A DNA stretch of 64,000 bases from an uncultured Candidatus Poseidoniales archaeon (lineage in GTDB: Archaea; Thermoplasmatota; Poseidoniia; Poseidoniales; Thalassarchaeaceae), in NCBI GenBank assembly GCA_963968165.1, contig CAXAFE010000012.1, positions 3,964-67,963 on the forward strand. The letters are read 5' to 3'. Within the stretch, counting starts at the first letter, position 1, and every line of letters begins with the position of its first letter. Under the pieces are notes generated by a model. It was not told the DNA's origin and ran no database searches. It worked only from the letters and a program-made list of their open reading frames with translations. Both the position numbers and the translations under genes were made by a program. Below are positions 9,178-18,756 of the stretch, piece after piece.

Positions 9178-10401
9178 CTATTTATCATTATGTTGCCAGT
9201 GGTGCATTTCATTTAGAGACTTGGTAACATTAGTTACATCTCCGTCTTCCCAAAAATCAACTGCTATGAAAGTTGGCCTATTATTAGTCTCTGACCAGCA
9301 TTGAATAGCTCTTTCTAGTAATACTTCATAGTTATTTACTTCTTCTGAACGAACAGGATCTGCAAAACCATAGATACTGCTAAGCCAATTATTCATATGC
9401 CAAACTGGTTGATTGTTATCACCACGATTTAATCTACAAGACATTTCAGATTGTTCATTTTCTCCATAAGGATTATCCCAACTAAAGGTCCATGCGTGGT
9501 GCAACCAAGGATATTGTTCGTCATACTCCCAATCCCAAAAAATAACTAGTCTTTTATTGGACATGACCATTTCTCCCAATGACGGCCATGGATCATTTAA
9601 ACTATGGATGTAAACCAGGTCTAAGAGTCCACTTTTTATGAATAATGAATAGAGGTGGTCCGCGGGTATGTAATTTTCTAGTAAAATTGATACGACATCT
9701 CCAGAACTGTTATTCATCAAAGAGTGTAATTTACTTAGCCAAATATTTGCATCTACTTCAGAATAAGAGCAAGGATGTAAGAAGTCAGAATTTGGATCGC
9801 CATGGCAAAAGCGAACATCAGAGGACTGGTTTTGTTCTTTCGAGAGATGGTGAGTATCCAGCATAAAAGACCTAATTCCTCCTTCCCACTGTGCTTCTAA
9901 GGCAGTCATATGATTTACTGCCATCCAGACTCCATCTTCAACTGTGGAGAACGAATTATGAGTTTCTGCAAATGTAAAATTATCATAGGATCTTAAGCAA
10001 TACTTTGCTTCATCGTGACATATTAGTTTATCTTCATAATCATAAGGGTCGAAGCCGTTGTTAATTTCCCAAAGGTTAGGCAACTCGTCACCATCGATAT
10101 CAGAATCTAATTCATCACAAATATCATCCCCATCTTGATCAGCAGGAATCGAAGAGTAATTTGATGGTTCGGATTTACATTCGATTTCATACAAGTCTAA
10201 GAAACCATCATCATCATCATCATTATCAGAATTATCACCAATTCCGTCACCATCACCATCAATCCATTCATCGGGATTTTTTGGAAAATCATCATTTTCA
10301 TCCAAATATCCATCATTATCTTTATCATTGTCTAAGATTCCCGTACAACCAGCCAATGAGATAATTAATATTATAAATAATGAATGAAGTCTGTCTTTCA
10401 T
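9178..10401 (-). CDS. Secreted lipoprotein: acidic DxDxDG repeats plus PLC-like phosphodiesterase domain
   Basis: I prefer the internal ATG at 10401 (MKDRLHSLFIILIISLAGC, signal peptide plus lipobox Cys), which removes the overlap with ppk2. It has thrombospondin-type-3-like Ca-binding repeats (DKDNDGYLDENDD, DGDGDGIGDNSDNDDDDDG) and PI-PLC-X-like blocks FAETHNSF and RSFMLDTHH. Confidence 0.65.
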   Translation of the reverse strand: MKDRLHSLFIILIISLAGCTGILDNDKDNDGYLDENDDFPKNPDEWIDGDGDGIGDNSDNDDDDDGFLDLYEIECKSEPSNYSSIPADQDGDDICDELDSDIDGDELPNLWEINNGFDPYDYEDKLICHDEAKYCLRSYDNFTFAETHNSFSTVEDGVWMAVNHMTALEAQWEGGIRSFMLDTHHLSKEQNQSSDVRFCHGDPNSDFLHPCSYSEVDANIWLSKLHSLMNNSSGDVVSILLENYIPADHLYSLFIKSGLLDLVYIHSLNDPWPSLGEMVMSNKRLVIFWDWEYDEQYPWLHHAWTFSWDNPYGENEQSEMSCRLNRGDNNQPVWHMNNWLSSIYGFADPVRSEEVNNYEVLLERAIQCWSETNNRPTFIAVDFWEDGDVTNVTKSLNEMHHWQHNDK

Positions 10402-10417
10402 ATTATCACCGGCAGAT

Positions 10418-11245
10418 TTAATCCAGGAATTTTTGATGATAATTTGGAACAAATGTCTGTTCATCTTCAGGAGGTCTGATATATCCTCTAGATTTTTTCC
10501 TACTAGGGAGTTCTATTTTTGCAGGTGTCAAATCCTCATAGGAGATTTGCGATAAGAAGTGATTAATGCAATTAAGATGTGCATGTTTTTTAATATCTGA
10601 ATTTACAACATGCCATGGTGCTTTTTTAGTATCTGTATATGCAAACATATTATCTTTAGCCTTTGAATATTCCTCCCACCTTGTAAGTGACTCTAAATCC
10701 ATTGGACTTAGTTTCCATCTTTTATGCGGTTGGGCCAATCTAGCCTCGAATCTTTTCAATTGTTCCTCATCAGATACGGAAAACCAATATTTAATCAAAA
10801 TAGTATCAGATCTAATCAGCATTCTTTCAAATGTAGGGCATGCCCTAAGGAAACTTTCATATTCTTTTTCAGTACAAAATCCCATGACTTTTTCCACTCC
10901 TGCCCTATTATACCAACTTCTATCAAAAAGAACTATTTCGCCTGCTGCAGGAAGATGGTCGACATATCTTTGAAAATACCATTCAGTTTTTTCTCTTTCT
11001 GTTGGTGCAGGCAAGGCTGCTACTTTGACTACCCTAGGATTTAGATATTGAGTTATTCTTTTTATTACTCCGCCTTTGCCCGCAGCATCCCTTCCTTCGA
11101 ATATTACAACTACTTTCAGTCCCTTGACCCTTACCCATTCTTGTAACTTTATAAGTTCTAATTGTAACCTAAACAATTCATTATCATATGATTTCTTATT
11201 TATTTTTTTAGTCTTCTTTTCGGCGGCAGCACACATGATATTCAT
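10418..11245 (-). CDS. ppk2: Polyphosphate kinase 2 family protein
   Basis: Walker-A-like FEGRDAAGKGG, followed by FDRSWYNRAGVE and WKLSPMD blocks typical of PPK2. Confidence 0.85.
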   Translation of the reverse strand: MNIMCAAAEKKTKKINKKSYDNELFRLQLELIKLQEWVRVKGLKVVVIFEGRDAAGKGGVIKRITQYLNPRVVKVAALPAPTEREKTEWYFQRYVDHLPAAGEIVLFDRSWYNRAGVEKVMGFCTEKEYESFLRACPTFERMLIRSDTILIKYWFSVSDEEQLKRFEARLAQPHKRWKLSPMDLESLTRWEEYSKAKDNMFAYTDTKKAPWHVVNSDIKKHAHLNCINHFLSQISYEDLTPAKIELPSRKKSRGYIRPPEDEQTFVPNYHQKFLD

Positions 11246-11335
11246 TACTCGTATGACGATATAGACAAAAGCACTGCGGTTTATTCAGGAGATTTTAAAT
11301 GGAGAAGTGATTAATCTTCTTCATTGGCGGCAAAG

Positions 11336-12061
11336 ATGTACGACTCAGATATTTTAAAAACACTACCAGTTAATTTGATATTAAGTATAATCGTTGGCTT
11401 GCTAGTTGGTTTTATTGAAGAAGTCCCAATCAATTTGATTCCAGATGCTTTGATATTTTGTTTAGCAGGAGGTTTAGTATTACAGGAAGTTTGGTTAGTT
11501 CAATGGCAAGGAAGACTTGGTGGGCCATATGAAAAGGAATTGCGTAGTTACACTAATAGAATGTTGAAGTTTTTTGATAATAAATTATTTTGGTTAATAG
11601 GGATATTCCTGATATTTTTTGTATTAGGATTAATTCCGCTTTTGATTTCAGACAAAGATATCGAACTAGTTTCAATCATTAGAATATTTTGTGTTTCAGT
11701 GATACTGACACTTGGAGTAGATCCAATACTCGGGACTTTACCAAAAAGGGACGGTACGACTACAGTTGGGGCATTTGTTATTTATGGTTTAGTCATTCAT
11801 TCAGGATTGAGTGGGTATCCAGAATTAGCATTGGAGCTTAATAATTACATAAGTTCTTTTTCTGCCGTTACTTGTTCATCAATTGTTTTGACTTATCTAC
11901 TATTATCAACGAGATGGGCGTATATTCGAAACCTATGTTATTTGATGGCTGATGGCTGGGAAAGTTTTACTCCGAGAATAGGAATACCTCTCTTGATTAT
12001 TTTAGCACCTGAGATTCCAAATTTCTTAGAAATAGTTGCTAAGATTTATTTAGGCTCCTAA
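11336..12061 (+). CDS. Polytopic membrane protein, unknown function
   Basis: The ORF track starts at TTG 11324; the first ATG is at 11336. There are 6-7 hydrophobic segments and no recognisable motif. Confidence 0.55.
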   Translation: MYDSDILKTLPVNLILSIIVGLLVGFIEEVPINLIPDALIFCLAGGLVLQEVWLVQWQGRLGGPYEKELRSYTNRMLKFFDNKLFWLIGIFLIFFVLGLIPLLISDKDIELVSIIRIFCVSVILTLGVDPILGTLPKRDGTTTVGAFVIYGLVIHSGLSGYPELALELNNYISSFSAVTCSSIVLTYLLLSTRWAYIRNLCYLMADGWESFTPRIGIPLLIILAPEIPNFLEIVAKIYLGS

Positions 12062-12066
12062 GATTT

Positions 12067-12522
12067 TTATAATTCAATACCTAATTCAGAAAATGGATTA
12101 ACTTCAGTTTTTATAATTGCATCGAGTTCATCGGTTGCATTCACGGAAAAGAGGCCGAAGTCGATATCTTGTCTAAGTTCTTCCAATAAATCTGGAAATT
12201 CAAAACCTTCCATAGCCATGACTTCTAAAAGATTTTTTTCCAAAGAAGTAGATATATATGCATTTAGTACAGGTTGACTGGATGCGAGGTCTAATTTAAA
12301 ACTATTAATTGCTTCCTTTGCTTTATCATTTTTCCCTCTGGAAAGTAGTCTATCTGCTTTTCTAGCATTATCTTTCGCATATGATATTCTAGAGTCAAGA
12401 ATTTTCCTTTGTTCGGCGAATTGTTCATCAAGACTAGATTTTATCTTATTTTGCTTTTTTGTCGAAAGTTTGACAAATGAACGTATTCTACTCTGAGAAA
12501 ACCATGCTATAATATTACACAC
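12067..12522 (-). CDS. Small coiled-coil protein, possible ESCRT-III/Snf7-like (third of three)
   Basis: 151 aa. Basic helical N-half (ARKADRLLSRGKNDKAKEAINSFKL) and acidic C-terminus (FPDLLEELRQDIDF...ELDAII). Overlaps the upstream gene by 8 nt. Confidence 0.35.
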   Translation of the reverse strand: MCNIIAWFSQSRIRSFVKLSTKKQNKIKSSLDEQFAEQRKILDSRISYAKDNARKADRLLSRGKNDKAKEAINSFKLDLASSQPVLNAYISTSLEKNLLEVMAMEGFEFPDLLEELRQDIDFGLFSVNATDELDAIIKTEVNPFSELGIEL

Positions 12523-13003
12523 CTCCTATAGTTGAGTCTATTTCAGACTTTAAATCACTTAAAATTCCGTCCATATTGGTGGAGAGAATGGATTCCTCAA
12601 TAATTTCTGAAAATTCTAAGGGTATTAAGTTCTTAACTTTATCTGGATCATATTGCACTCCTGCTTTGGTATCTTGAATTAGCATGACCATAAATCTATG
12701 ATAAAATTGATTTGAACGTAATAAAGTCAAGACACTTTTTGAAATGAGTATTTCAGCTTTTATTTGCCTCATCTCCATAGCAGTACCTAGTACCCTGGGT
12801 ACAGAAACTTCAATTTCCTTTTTTGCTTTATCTTTTAATTTTGAATACTTTTTTTCCATTGATTGAATTTCTTCACTCTTGCCATCTTTGGCATTGCTAA
12901 ACCTAACGAGGTGCAGTTGATGATCGTATTCGAGTTTATCGAGGTTTTTCTTTGACATTTTCGCTAAACGATCATATATTGGACGGCTCATTAAATCCCT
13001 CAA
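12515..13003 (-). CDS. Small coiled-coil protein, unknown (second of three)
   Basis: 162 aa with K/E-rich helices. Its start directly abuts the stop of the upstream gene (13003/13004). Confidence 0.4.
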   Translation of the reverse strand: MRDLMSRPIYDRLAKMSKKNLDKLEYDHQLHLVRFSNAKDGKSEEIQSMEKKYSKLKDKAKKEIEVSVPRVLGTAMEMRQIKAEILISKSVLTLLRSNQFYHRFMVMLIQDTKAGVQYDPDKVKNLIPLEFSEIIEESILSTNMDGILSDLKSEIDSTIGGV

Positions 13004-13540
13004 TTATTCTTCATTATCTAATATATCCGAATTATTAATATCTGTAGCTCTCGGTAAATTATCTCGGATGTCTTCTAGGTGATCACCCGATGCCCAAATA
13101 GGACTCTGAACAAGTTGTGCAGGATTCATGACGTTTTTATTTTGAATCATTTGTAGCATCTTTATTGTTTCATTTGTATTGTCGATTACCTGTTCAAATT
13201 TTATCTTTTCAGCACTTAATCTATCTATTATTCCAGTAGATAGTTCTATTTCTGCTGTTATTCTTTGTAACTCTTGACTATGTTTTGCATCTTCACGGGA
13301 CTTTAATTCATTTTGCTGACTTGTGAGTCTAGCTTTCTTTAATTCATTCTCCCTGATTTGAGAATCATGATCAGAAACGCTATTTTCAGAATCTGATAGT
13401 TTTTCCTTATTTCTATTTATTTCCATTTTTAAATTTTTATTCTTTCTATTAAAAGCATCTCTATATTCTTGAGGTATACCTTTTTCACGTAGCCACCTAT
13501 CATCAATCAGATCAAATGCCTTCTTCCCGAATGGCCACAT
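13004..13540 (-). CDS. Small coiled-coil protein, possible ESCRT-III/Snf7-like (first of three)
   Basis: 178 aa. The N-terminus MWPFGKKAF resembles the MxxFGK start of CHMP/Snf7 proteins. A long charged helical hairpin region follows, then FEQVIDNTNETIKMLQMIQ (compare CHMP4 ...ENANTNTEVLKNM) and an acidic tail DINNSDILDNEE. Confidence 0.4.
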   Translation of the reverse strand: MWPFGKKAFDLIDDRWLREKGIPQEYRDAFNRKNKNLKMEINRNKEKLSDSENSVSDHDSQIRENELKKARLTSQQNELKSREDAKHSQELQRITAEIELSTGIIDRLSAEKIKFEQVIDNTNETIKMLQMIQNKNVMNPAQLVQSPIWASGDHLEDIRDNLPRATDINNSDILDNEE

Positions 13541-13588
13541 ATGAACATTCTGTAAGTTGATCGATATATTAGTATATCTAATTAGATA

Positions 13589-14251
13589 TTATATTTTTGA
13601 TACTAAATCTTCTATGGATAATTTTGGATTATCAGACTTTGTGACTCCACTGGCTAGTAAAACCCCAGAAGTCCCAAGTTGTAGTGCCATTGCCACATCA
13701 TTACCATTTTTTACTCCTGCACCACATAATATTCCAACATCTTCAGAAATTCCTTTAACTACTTTCACAGTTTCTAAAACAATATTCGGATCTGCATTAG
13801 TTACTGAAATATCTCCTCCGATTAATTCAGGGGGCTCTACCGCGACGAAAGTTGGACCTAATGCAGATAGAGATTGGGCTTCTTTTATATCAGCAGCACA
13901 TGCACAAACAGTAAAATTTTCTGGAACTTGGTCTAATAGCATTGCGACGTGTTCGATAGAAACTTTGTGTTCTGCATGATTGATTAATGTTCCCTTAGCA
14001 CCACGTTCTACAGCAGTTTGGGGGTGTAGCCAACCAGTATTAGAACCGAAATTAATGGGGTCAAGGTGTTGGGTCCACACTTCTAGTTCTGGCGCTATTG
14101 TAACAACTGAATTCAAATCGAAAGGTGAAACAACAGCGATTAAGCGAGCCGTTGTCTTAACATTCGCCAAGATTAACGCTAGTTCTTCTGCAGATTTCCC
14201 ATGCGCCGACTCATATGTTTTGAAATTTACAACAATAAGATGTTTGTTCAT
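13589..14251 (-). CDS. tpiA: Triosephosphate isomerase (short archaeal type)
   Basis: 220 aa. Motifs are VVNFKTY, GTLINHAEH, AVEPPELIG and GAGV. Confidence 0.85.
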   Translation of the reverse strand: MNKHLIVVNFKTYESAHGKSAEELALILANVKTTARLIAVVSPFDLNSVVTIAPELEVWTQHLDPINFGSNTGWLHPQTAVERGAKGTLINHAEHKVSIEHVAMLLDQVPENFTVCACAADIKEAQSLSALGPTFVAVEPPELIGGDISVTNADPNIVLETVKVVKGISEDVGILCGAGVKNGNDVAMALQLGTSGVLLASGVTKSDNPKLSIEDLVSKI

Positions 14252-14297
14252 ACTAACGCGTAACTACTCACCGATTTTATTATGTCGCTTTAATTCT

Positions 14298-15257
14298 TTA
14301 ATATGTGGCTTTGTGCCCTATTACTACATCTGAAAGTACAGTTCCTTCAGATATCACTGCTCCTTCTCCAATAAGGCATCTTTGTAAATTAGAATTTTTA
14401 CCAATTTTTGCATCTTTTAAGACTACACAATCTATCAATTTAGAAGTCTTATCAATTGAGACATTAATTCCCAATGCCGACCTTTCGACTAATTCTAATT
14501 GTTGCATTTCTCTTCCATACCATGAATTTTTTATCCTCATACCGGAAGTAAATCTATTATTTTCTATACAAGTTTGTACTGCATCGATAAAGGATTTAGG
14601 AGTGCCTGCATCTACAAAATAGCCACTGAAAGCAAGACCTGCCATCTGCCCTGCTTCTGCTATAGGAGGGAATACTATTCGTTCCATACTATGTCTTTCC
14701 GTGGAAAAATTATCTAATATCTCTTTTTCAAAAACAACACAACCTGCATTTATATAATTAGAGAATTCTGTACCAGGTTCAGGCTTTTCTTGAAATCGTC
14801 TAATTAATCCATCCAGATCTAAATCACATACTCCAAATCTGCTTGGATCTTCAACTTCCCAAAGTGAAAGTGTGACTTTGGCTTCTTTTTCCTTATGGTG
14901 TTGTAAAAGTGCAGGGATATCAACACTTGAAATAAGATCGCCATTTAGTACTAGTACGGGGCCATTATGAATTAATTGCTTACTTGCTAGGCCGACTGCC
15001 CCCCCAGTTCCTAATGGTTCATTTTCAACTGAAATAACTACTTCATAACTCATATTTTTTTTAGAAAAGAAATCTTGAATTTGATCTACCCCATAGCCTG
15101 CCGCAATGATTACTCGAGATATTGTATCCTCCGGGATTACTTCAATTACTCTCTCGAGTAATGTTTTATCCAAAATGGGAAGTAACGGTTTTACCCTATC
15201 TTCTGTCCAAGGCCTCAGCCTGGTTCCAAATCCACCTACCAAAACTATTGCTTCCAT
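14298..15257 (-). CDS. Sugar-1-phosphate nucleotidyltransferase (NDP-sugar pyrophosphorylase) with C-terminal left-handed beta-helix
   Basis: N-terminal LVGGFGTRLRPWT signature. The C-terminus has hexapeptide-like repeats. Confidence 0.8.
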   Translation of the reverse strand: MEAIVLVGGFGTRLRPWTEDRVKPLLPILDKTLLERVIEVIPEDTISRVIIAAGYGVDQIQDFFSKKNMSYEVVISVENEPLGTGGAVGLASKQLIHNGPVLVLNGDLISSVDIPALLQHHKEKEAKVTLSLWEVEDPSRFGVCDLDLDGLIRRFQEKPEPGTEFSNYINAGCVVFEKEILDNFSTERHSMERIVFPPIAEAGQMAGLAFSGYFVDAGTPKSFIDAVQTCIENNRFTSGMRIKNSWYGREMQQLELVERSALGINVSIDKTSKLIDCVVLKDAKIGKNSNLQRCLIGEGAVISEGTVLSDVVIGHKATY

Positions 15258-15359
15258 AATTAACTCCCGTATATGATTGTGATTTGAGACCTTCTATTTG
15301 TATAAGATATCTAAAGCAACAATCGCATCTTTCAAACATAAAGAGCGAGTCGCCGCGTC

Positions 15360-16571
15360 ATGAATATTCACGAATACCAAGCCAAAGCTATTTTTCATGA
15401 TTCAGGAATTAAAGTTGTCAAGGGAATTCATTGCCTTACAGTTGATGATGCAATCAATGCATATGAAGAATTAAATTCTGAAGTTGTGGCTGTGAAAAGT
15501 CAAATACATGCCGGAGGGAGAGGTAAAGGAAACTTGTATAATCCCTCCTCAGGCGAATTAATAATGGAAGGAGGAGTAAAGATTGCTTTTTCGAGAGAAG
15601 AAGTTGAAGAATATTCTAAGGCAATAATTGGTAATAGATTAGTAACCAAACAAACAGGATTAGAGGGGAAAATAGTAAATAATCTGTACATAGAATCTGG
15701 ATGTAAAATCGAGCATGAGTATTATTTAGCACTTTTAGTAGATAGAGAAAATAAATCAGTTCTAATAATGGCCTCAACAGAAGGGGGAATGGATATTGAA
15801 GAAGTTGCAGAGAATAATCCGGAAGCCATCCATAAAATATGGGCAGATCCTTTGGAAGGATTATCAAAGGAAGATTCTAACTCACTTGCAACATCATTAG
15901 GATTATCAGGAAATTCTAAAGAAGAATTAGTTACAATGCTAGATTTGTTATATAAAATGTTCACAGAAAGAGATTGTTCGATGATTGAAATCAATCCACT
16001 AGTAAGAAGTGAATCGGGTGAAATTATAGCCTTGGATGGCAAGGTAGGATTTGATGATAGTGCAGATTTTAGACATCCCTGGAGAGCCCAACTGCGTGAT
16101 TTATCAGAAGAAGAGGAAGTAGAAATTAGAGCTGACGAATATGGTTTATCGTACGTTAAACTAGATGGCAATATTGGTTGTTTGGTCAATGGTGCGGGCT
16201 TAGCAATGGCATCGATGGACGTGATAAAACTCTACGGAGGTGAGCCAGCTAATTTCTTAGATATAGGAGGGGGGGCTACTAAAGAGTCGATTACTGCAGC
16301 TTTTGAAATAATTCTAGAAGATAAGAATGTAGAAGGAATTTTAGTAAATATATTTGGAGGAATAATCCAGTGCGACATGGTGGCTAGAAGTGTAATTGAG
16401 GCTTCTGAAGATATAGGACTTGATGTGCCTCTTGTAGTAAGATTTTCTGGAACAAATCATATAGAAGGAAAGGCAGTTTTAGATAATAGTGATTTGAATG
16501 TTTATACAACAAATACTCTCGCAGAGGGTGCTGAAAAAATAGTTTCTCTGACAAAAAGGAGTGATGCTTAA
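15360..16571 (+). CDS. sucC: Succinyl-CoA synthetase beta subunit
   Basis: Begins MNIHEYQAK, has an ATP-grasp region, and carries [15 protein letters not shown]. Its stop overlaps the sucD start. Confidence 0.95.
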   Translation: MNIHEYQAKAIFHDSGIKVVKGIHCLTVDDAINAYEELNSEVVAVKSQIHAGGRGKGNLYNPSSGELIMEGGVKIAFSREEVEEYSKAIIGNRLVTKQTGLEGKIVNNLYIESGCKIEHEYYLALLVDRENKSVLIMASTEGGMDIEEVAENNPEAIHKIWADPLEGLSKEDSNSLATSLGLSGNSKEELVTMLDLLYKMFTERDCSMIEINPLVRSESGEIIALDGKVGFDDSADFRHPWRAQLRDLSEEEEVEIRADEYGLSYVKLDGNIGCLVNGAGLAMASMDVIKLYGGEPANFLDIGGGATKESITAAFEIILEDKNVEGILVNIFGGIIQCDMVARSVIEASEDIGLDVPLVVRFSGTNHIEGKAVLDNSDLNVYTTNTLAEGAEKIVSLTKRSDA

Positions 16572-17491
16572 TGTCAATATGGATTAATGAGGATAGTAAG
16601 ATTTTGATTCAAGGAATTACAGGTAATCAGGGTACTTTTCATGGAACAATGATGGTTGATTACAAAACAAAAGTTGTAGGTGGAGTCACGCCCGGCAAAG
16701 GAGGTCAAAAAATAATATTATCCGATAAGGAGGTAGATGTTTACAACACTATGTCTGAAGCAATTGAGGACACTAATGCAGATGTTAGTGTAATATATGT
16801 TCCTGCACGCTTTGCTGCCGCTGCAATAATCGAAGCTGCCGACGCATTCCAAAAAAATAATGGAGGATTAATAGTGTGCATTACTGAAGGAATTCCGATT
16901 TTGGACATGGTAAATGCAGTTGCAAAGATTGGTAAATGTCCAGATGTAAGACTGATAGGTCCGAATTGTCCTGGCATAATTACCCCAGGGGAAGAGGGAG
17001 GCTGTAAAGTAGGAATAATGCCAGGATTTATACATGCAAAAGGAAGAATTGGAATTGTTTCAAAAAGTGGTACATTGACTTACGAAGCAGTAGCTCAAAC
17101 TATGAGTGTTGATGAGGGGCAGTCAACCTGTGTCGGAATAGGAGGAGACCCTGTCAATGGGACTGGATTTATTGATTGTCTTGAGGCGTTTGAAAATGAT
17201 CCTCAAACCAAAGCTATAGTGATGATTGGAGAAATTGGTGGGACGGCTGAAGAAGAAGCTGCAGAATGGGCTGCTAAAAACATGAGTAAGCCAATCGTAG
17301 GATTCGTAGCAGGATCTACAGCACCTCCAGGTAAAAGAATGGGGCATGCTGGAGCCATAATTTCAGGAGGAAAGGGTACTGCTGAAGAGAAATTTTCGGC
17401 TTTTGAAAATGCAGGAATTTATGTTGCAAGGGATCCTTCAGAGATTGGTAACGTATTAGTTAAAGCTCTGAAAGATGCTGGACTGAGATAA
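16571..17491 (+). CDS. sucD: Succinyl-CoA synthetase alpha subunit
   Basis: Motifs are [20 protein letters not shown] and the phosphohistidine loop RMGHAGAII. Confidence 0.95.
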   Translation: MSIWINEDSKILIQGITGNQGTFHGTMMVDYKTKVVGGVTPGKGGQKIILSDKEVDVYNTMSEAIEDTNADVSVIYVPARFAAAAIIEAADAFQKNNGGLIVCITEGIPILDMVNAVAKIGKCPDVRLIGPNCPGIITPGEEGGCKVGIMPGFIHAKGRIGIVSKSGTLTYEAVAQTMSVDEGQSTCVGIGGDPVNGTGFIDCLEAFENDPQTKAIVMIGEIGGTAEEEAAEWAAKNMSKPIVGFVAGSTAPPGKRMGHAGAIISGGKGTAEEKFSAFENAGIYVARDPSEIGNVLVKALKDAGLR

Positions 17492-17537
17492 GCGAATAAA
17501 GCGAGAGTCTTAGAGGAAGAGCATTCTCACATGGTTA

Positions 17538-18701
17538 ATGGGGAATCATGGCAATCAGTTGCAGTTACTATTAACTGAGGAACAGCAAAGATTTGATATT
17601 CTCCTAGAAGGTACTTCGAGATCTTTTTTTTTGAGCCTCAGAGTTCTTCCGAAAAAAATACGTAGACATATTGGTTTAACATACTTATTGGCACGTTTGG
17701 CAGATACTATTGCTGATTCTAAGGTCGGCAAGAATAGTCTATTAATTGAATTCCTAAGGGCCTATGATAATAGAATACAGGATCCAAAAAAAGAATTACC
17801 CAATTTTGAAGAATTGGCTTTGATTCAAGAAGATAAGGCAGAATCAGAATTATTATTAAATGCAATAATACCAATAAGTTATTTGGATGGAGATGTAAAT
17901 TTAACTAATCGGGAAATTAAAAGATTGTCTTTTTTATTAGAGAGTAAGAAATTTTCAAATATTCAAATGGAAGTTATAAGAGATTATAGTTTAGAAAAAA
18001 GTAGAAAATTTTCTAATACAGATCGGGAAAAAATAAGAATTTGTCTAGGCATAATAATAAGTGGGCAATCCTTAGATTTACAACGTTTTACAGATGCAAG
18101 TGGCGATAAAATAGTATCCCTAGATAATGAAGTGGAATTGGATGATTATACATACAGAGTAGCAGGGAGCGTAGGAGAATTTTGGACGCATATGTCATTG
18201 GATCATCTTTTTACTGTAGGAGTTGAAGATAGGAAAATTCTTTTCAAAAAAGCAATAAACTTTGGAAAATCATTGCAAATGATAAATATTCTCAGAGATT
18301 TACCCGAAGATTTGAAAATGGGGCGATGCTATTTACCAAGAGAGACTTTGGCTGATCATAACCTCAGGCCCGAAGACTTATTAAATCTTGAAAATATGGA
18401 AAGATTCAAATCTTTATACGATAATTATTTAAAAAAAGCAAGTACTTACCTAGATGATGCTATAACTTATGTAAATATGTTACCAAGAAATCAATATCGA
18501 CTTAGATTATCATGTATGTTACCTATATTAATTGGTCAGAAAACATTAATTCTACTTAAAGAAGGGAATATCTTGGATCCAAATAATAGAATAAAAATTA
18601 GTAGAACTGAAATAAAAAATATTCTCCGTAAAGCGGCTATTACATCAATATCTAAAAAAATGAGTATAAGGCTACTAAATAAAAATAGATTAATTATTTG
18701 A
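17538..18701 (+). CDS. Squalene/phytoene synthase family protein, squalene-synthase-like
   Basis: Motifs are TSRSFFLSLRVLP...LLARLADTIAD (compare eukaryotic SQS TSRSF...LDTxED), YTYRVAGSVGEF and INILRDLPEDLKMGRCYLP. Confidence 0.75.
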   Translation: MGNHGNQLQLLLTEEQQRFDILLEGTSRSFFLSLRVLPKKIRRHIGLTYLLARLADTIADSKVGKNSLLIEFLRAYDNRIQDPKKELPNFEELALIQEDKAESELLLNAIIPISYLDGDVNLTNREIKRLSFLLESKKFSNIQMEVIRDYSLEKSRKFSNTDREKIRICLGIIISGQSLDLQRFTDASGDKIVSLDNEVELDDYTYRVAGSVGEFWTHMSLDHLFTVGVEDRKILFKKAINFGKSLQMINILRDLPEDLKMGRCYLPRETLADHNLRPEDLLNLENMERFKSLYDNYLKKASTYLDDAITYVNMLPRNQYRLRLSCMLPILIGQKTLILLKEGNILDPNNRIKISRTEIKNILRKAAITSISKKMSIRLLNKNRLII

Positions 18702-18756
18702 GATAAATAATCTAAATTATTCTGATTTAAAATGATAGGAAAGGAAACAATCTATA

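Noticed and set aside
10161-10364. His-rich 67-aa ORF (HHHHHH...)
   Set aside because: It is the antisense reading of the GAT/GAC-rich Asp-repeat region of the lipoprotein gene, so it is a compositional artefact.
13557-14333. Two plus-strand ORFs (140 and 117 aa) opposite tpiA
   Set aside because: They are antisense to a confidently identified triosephosphate isomerase gene. Their S/T/P-rich composition is typical of shadow ORFs.
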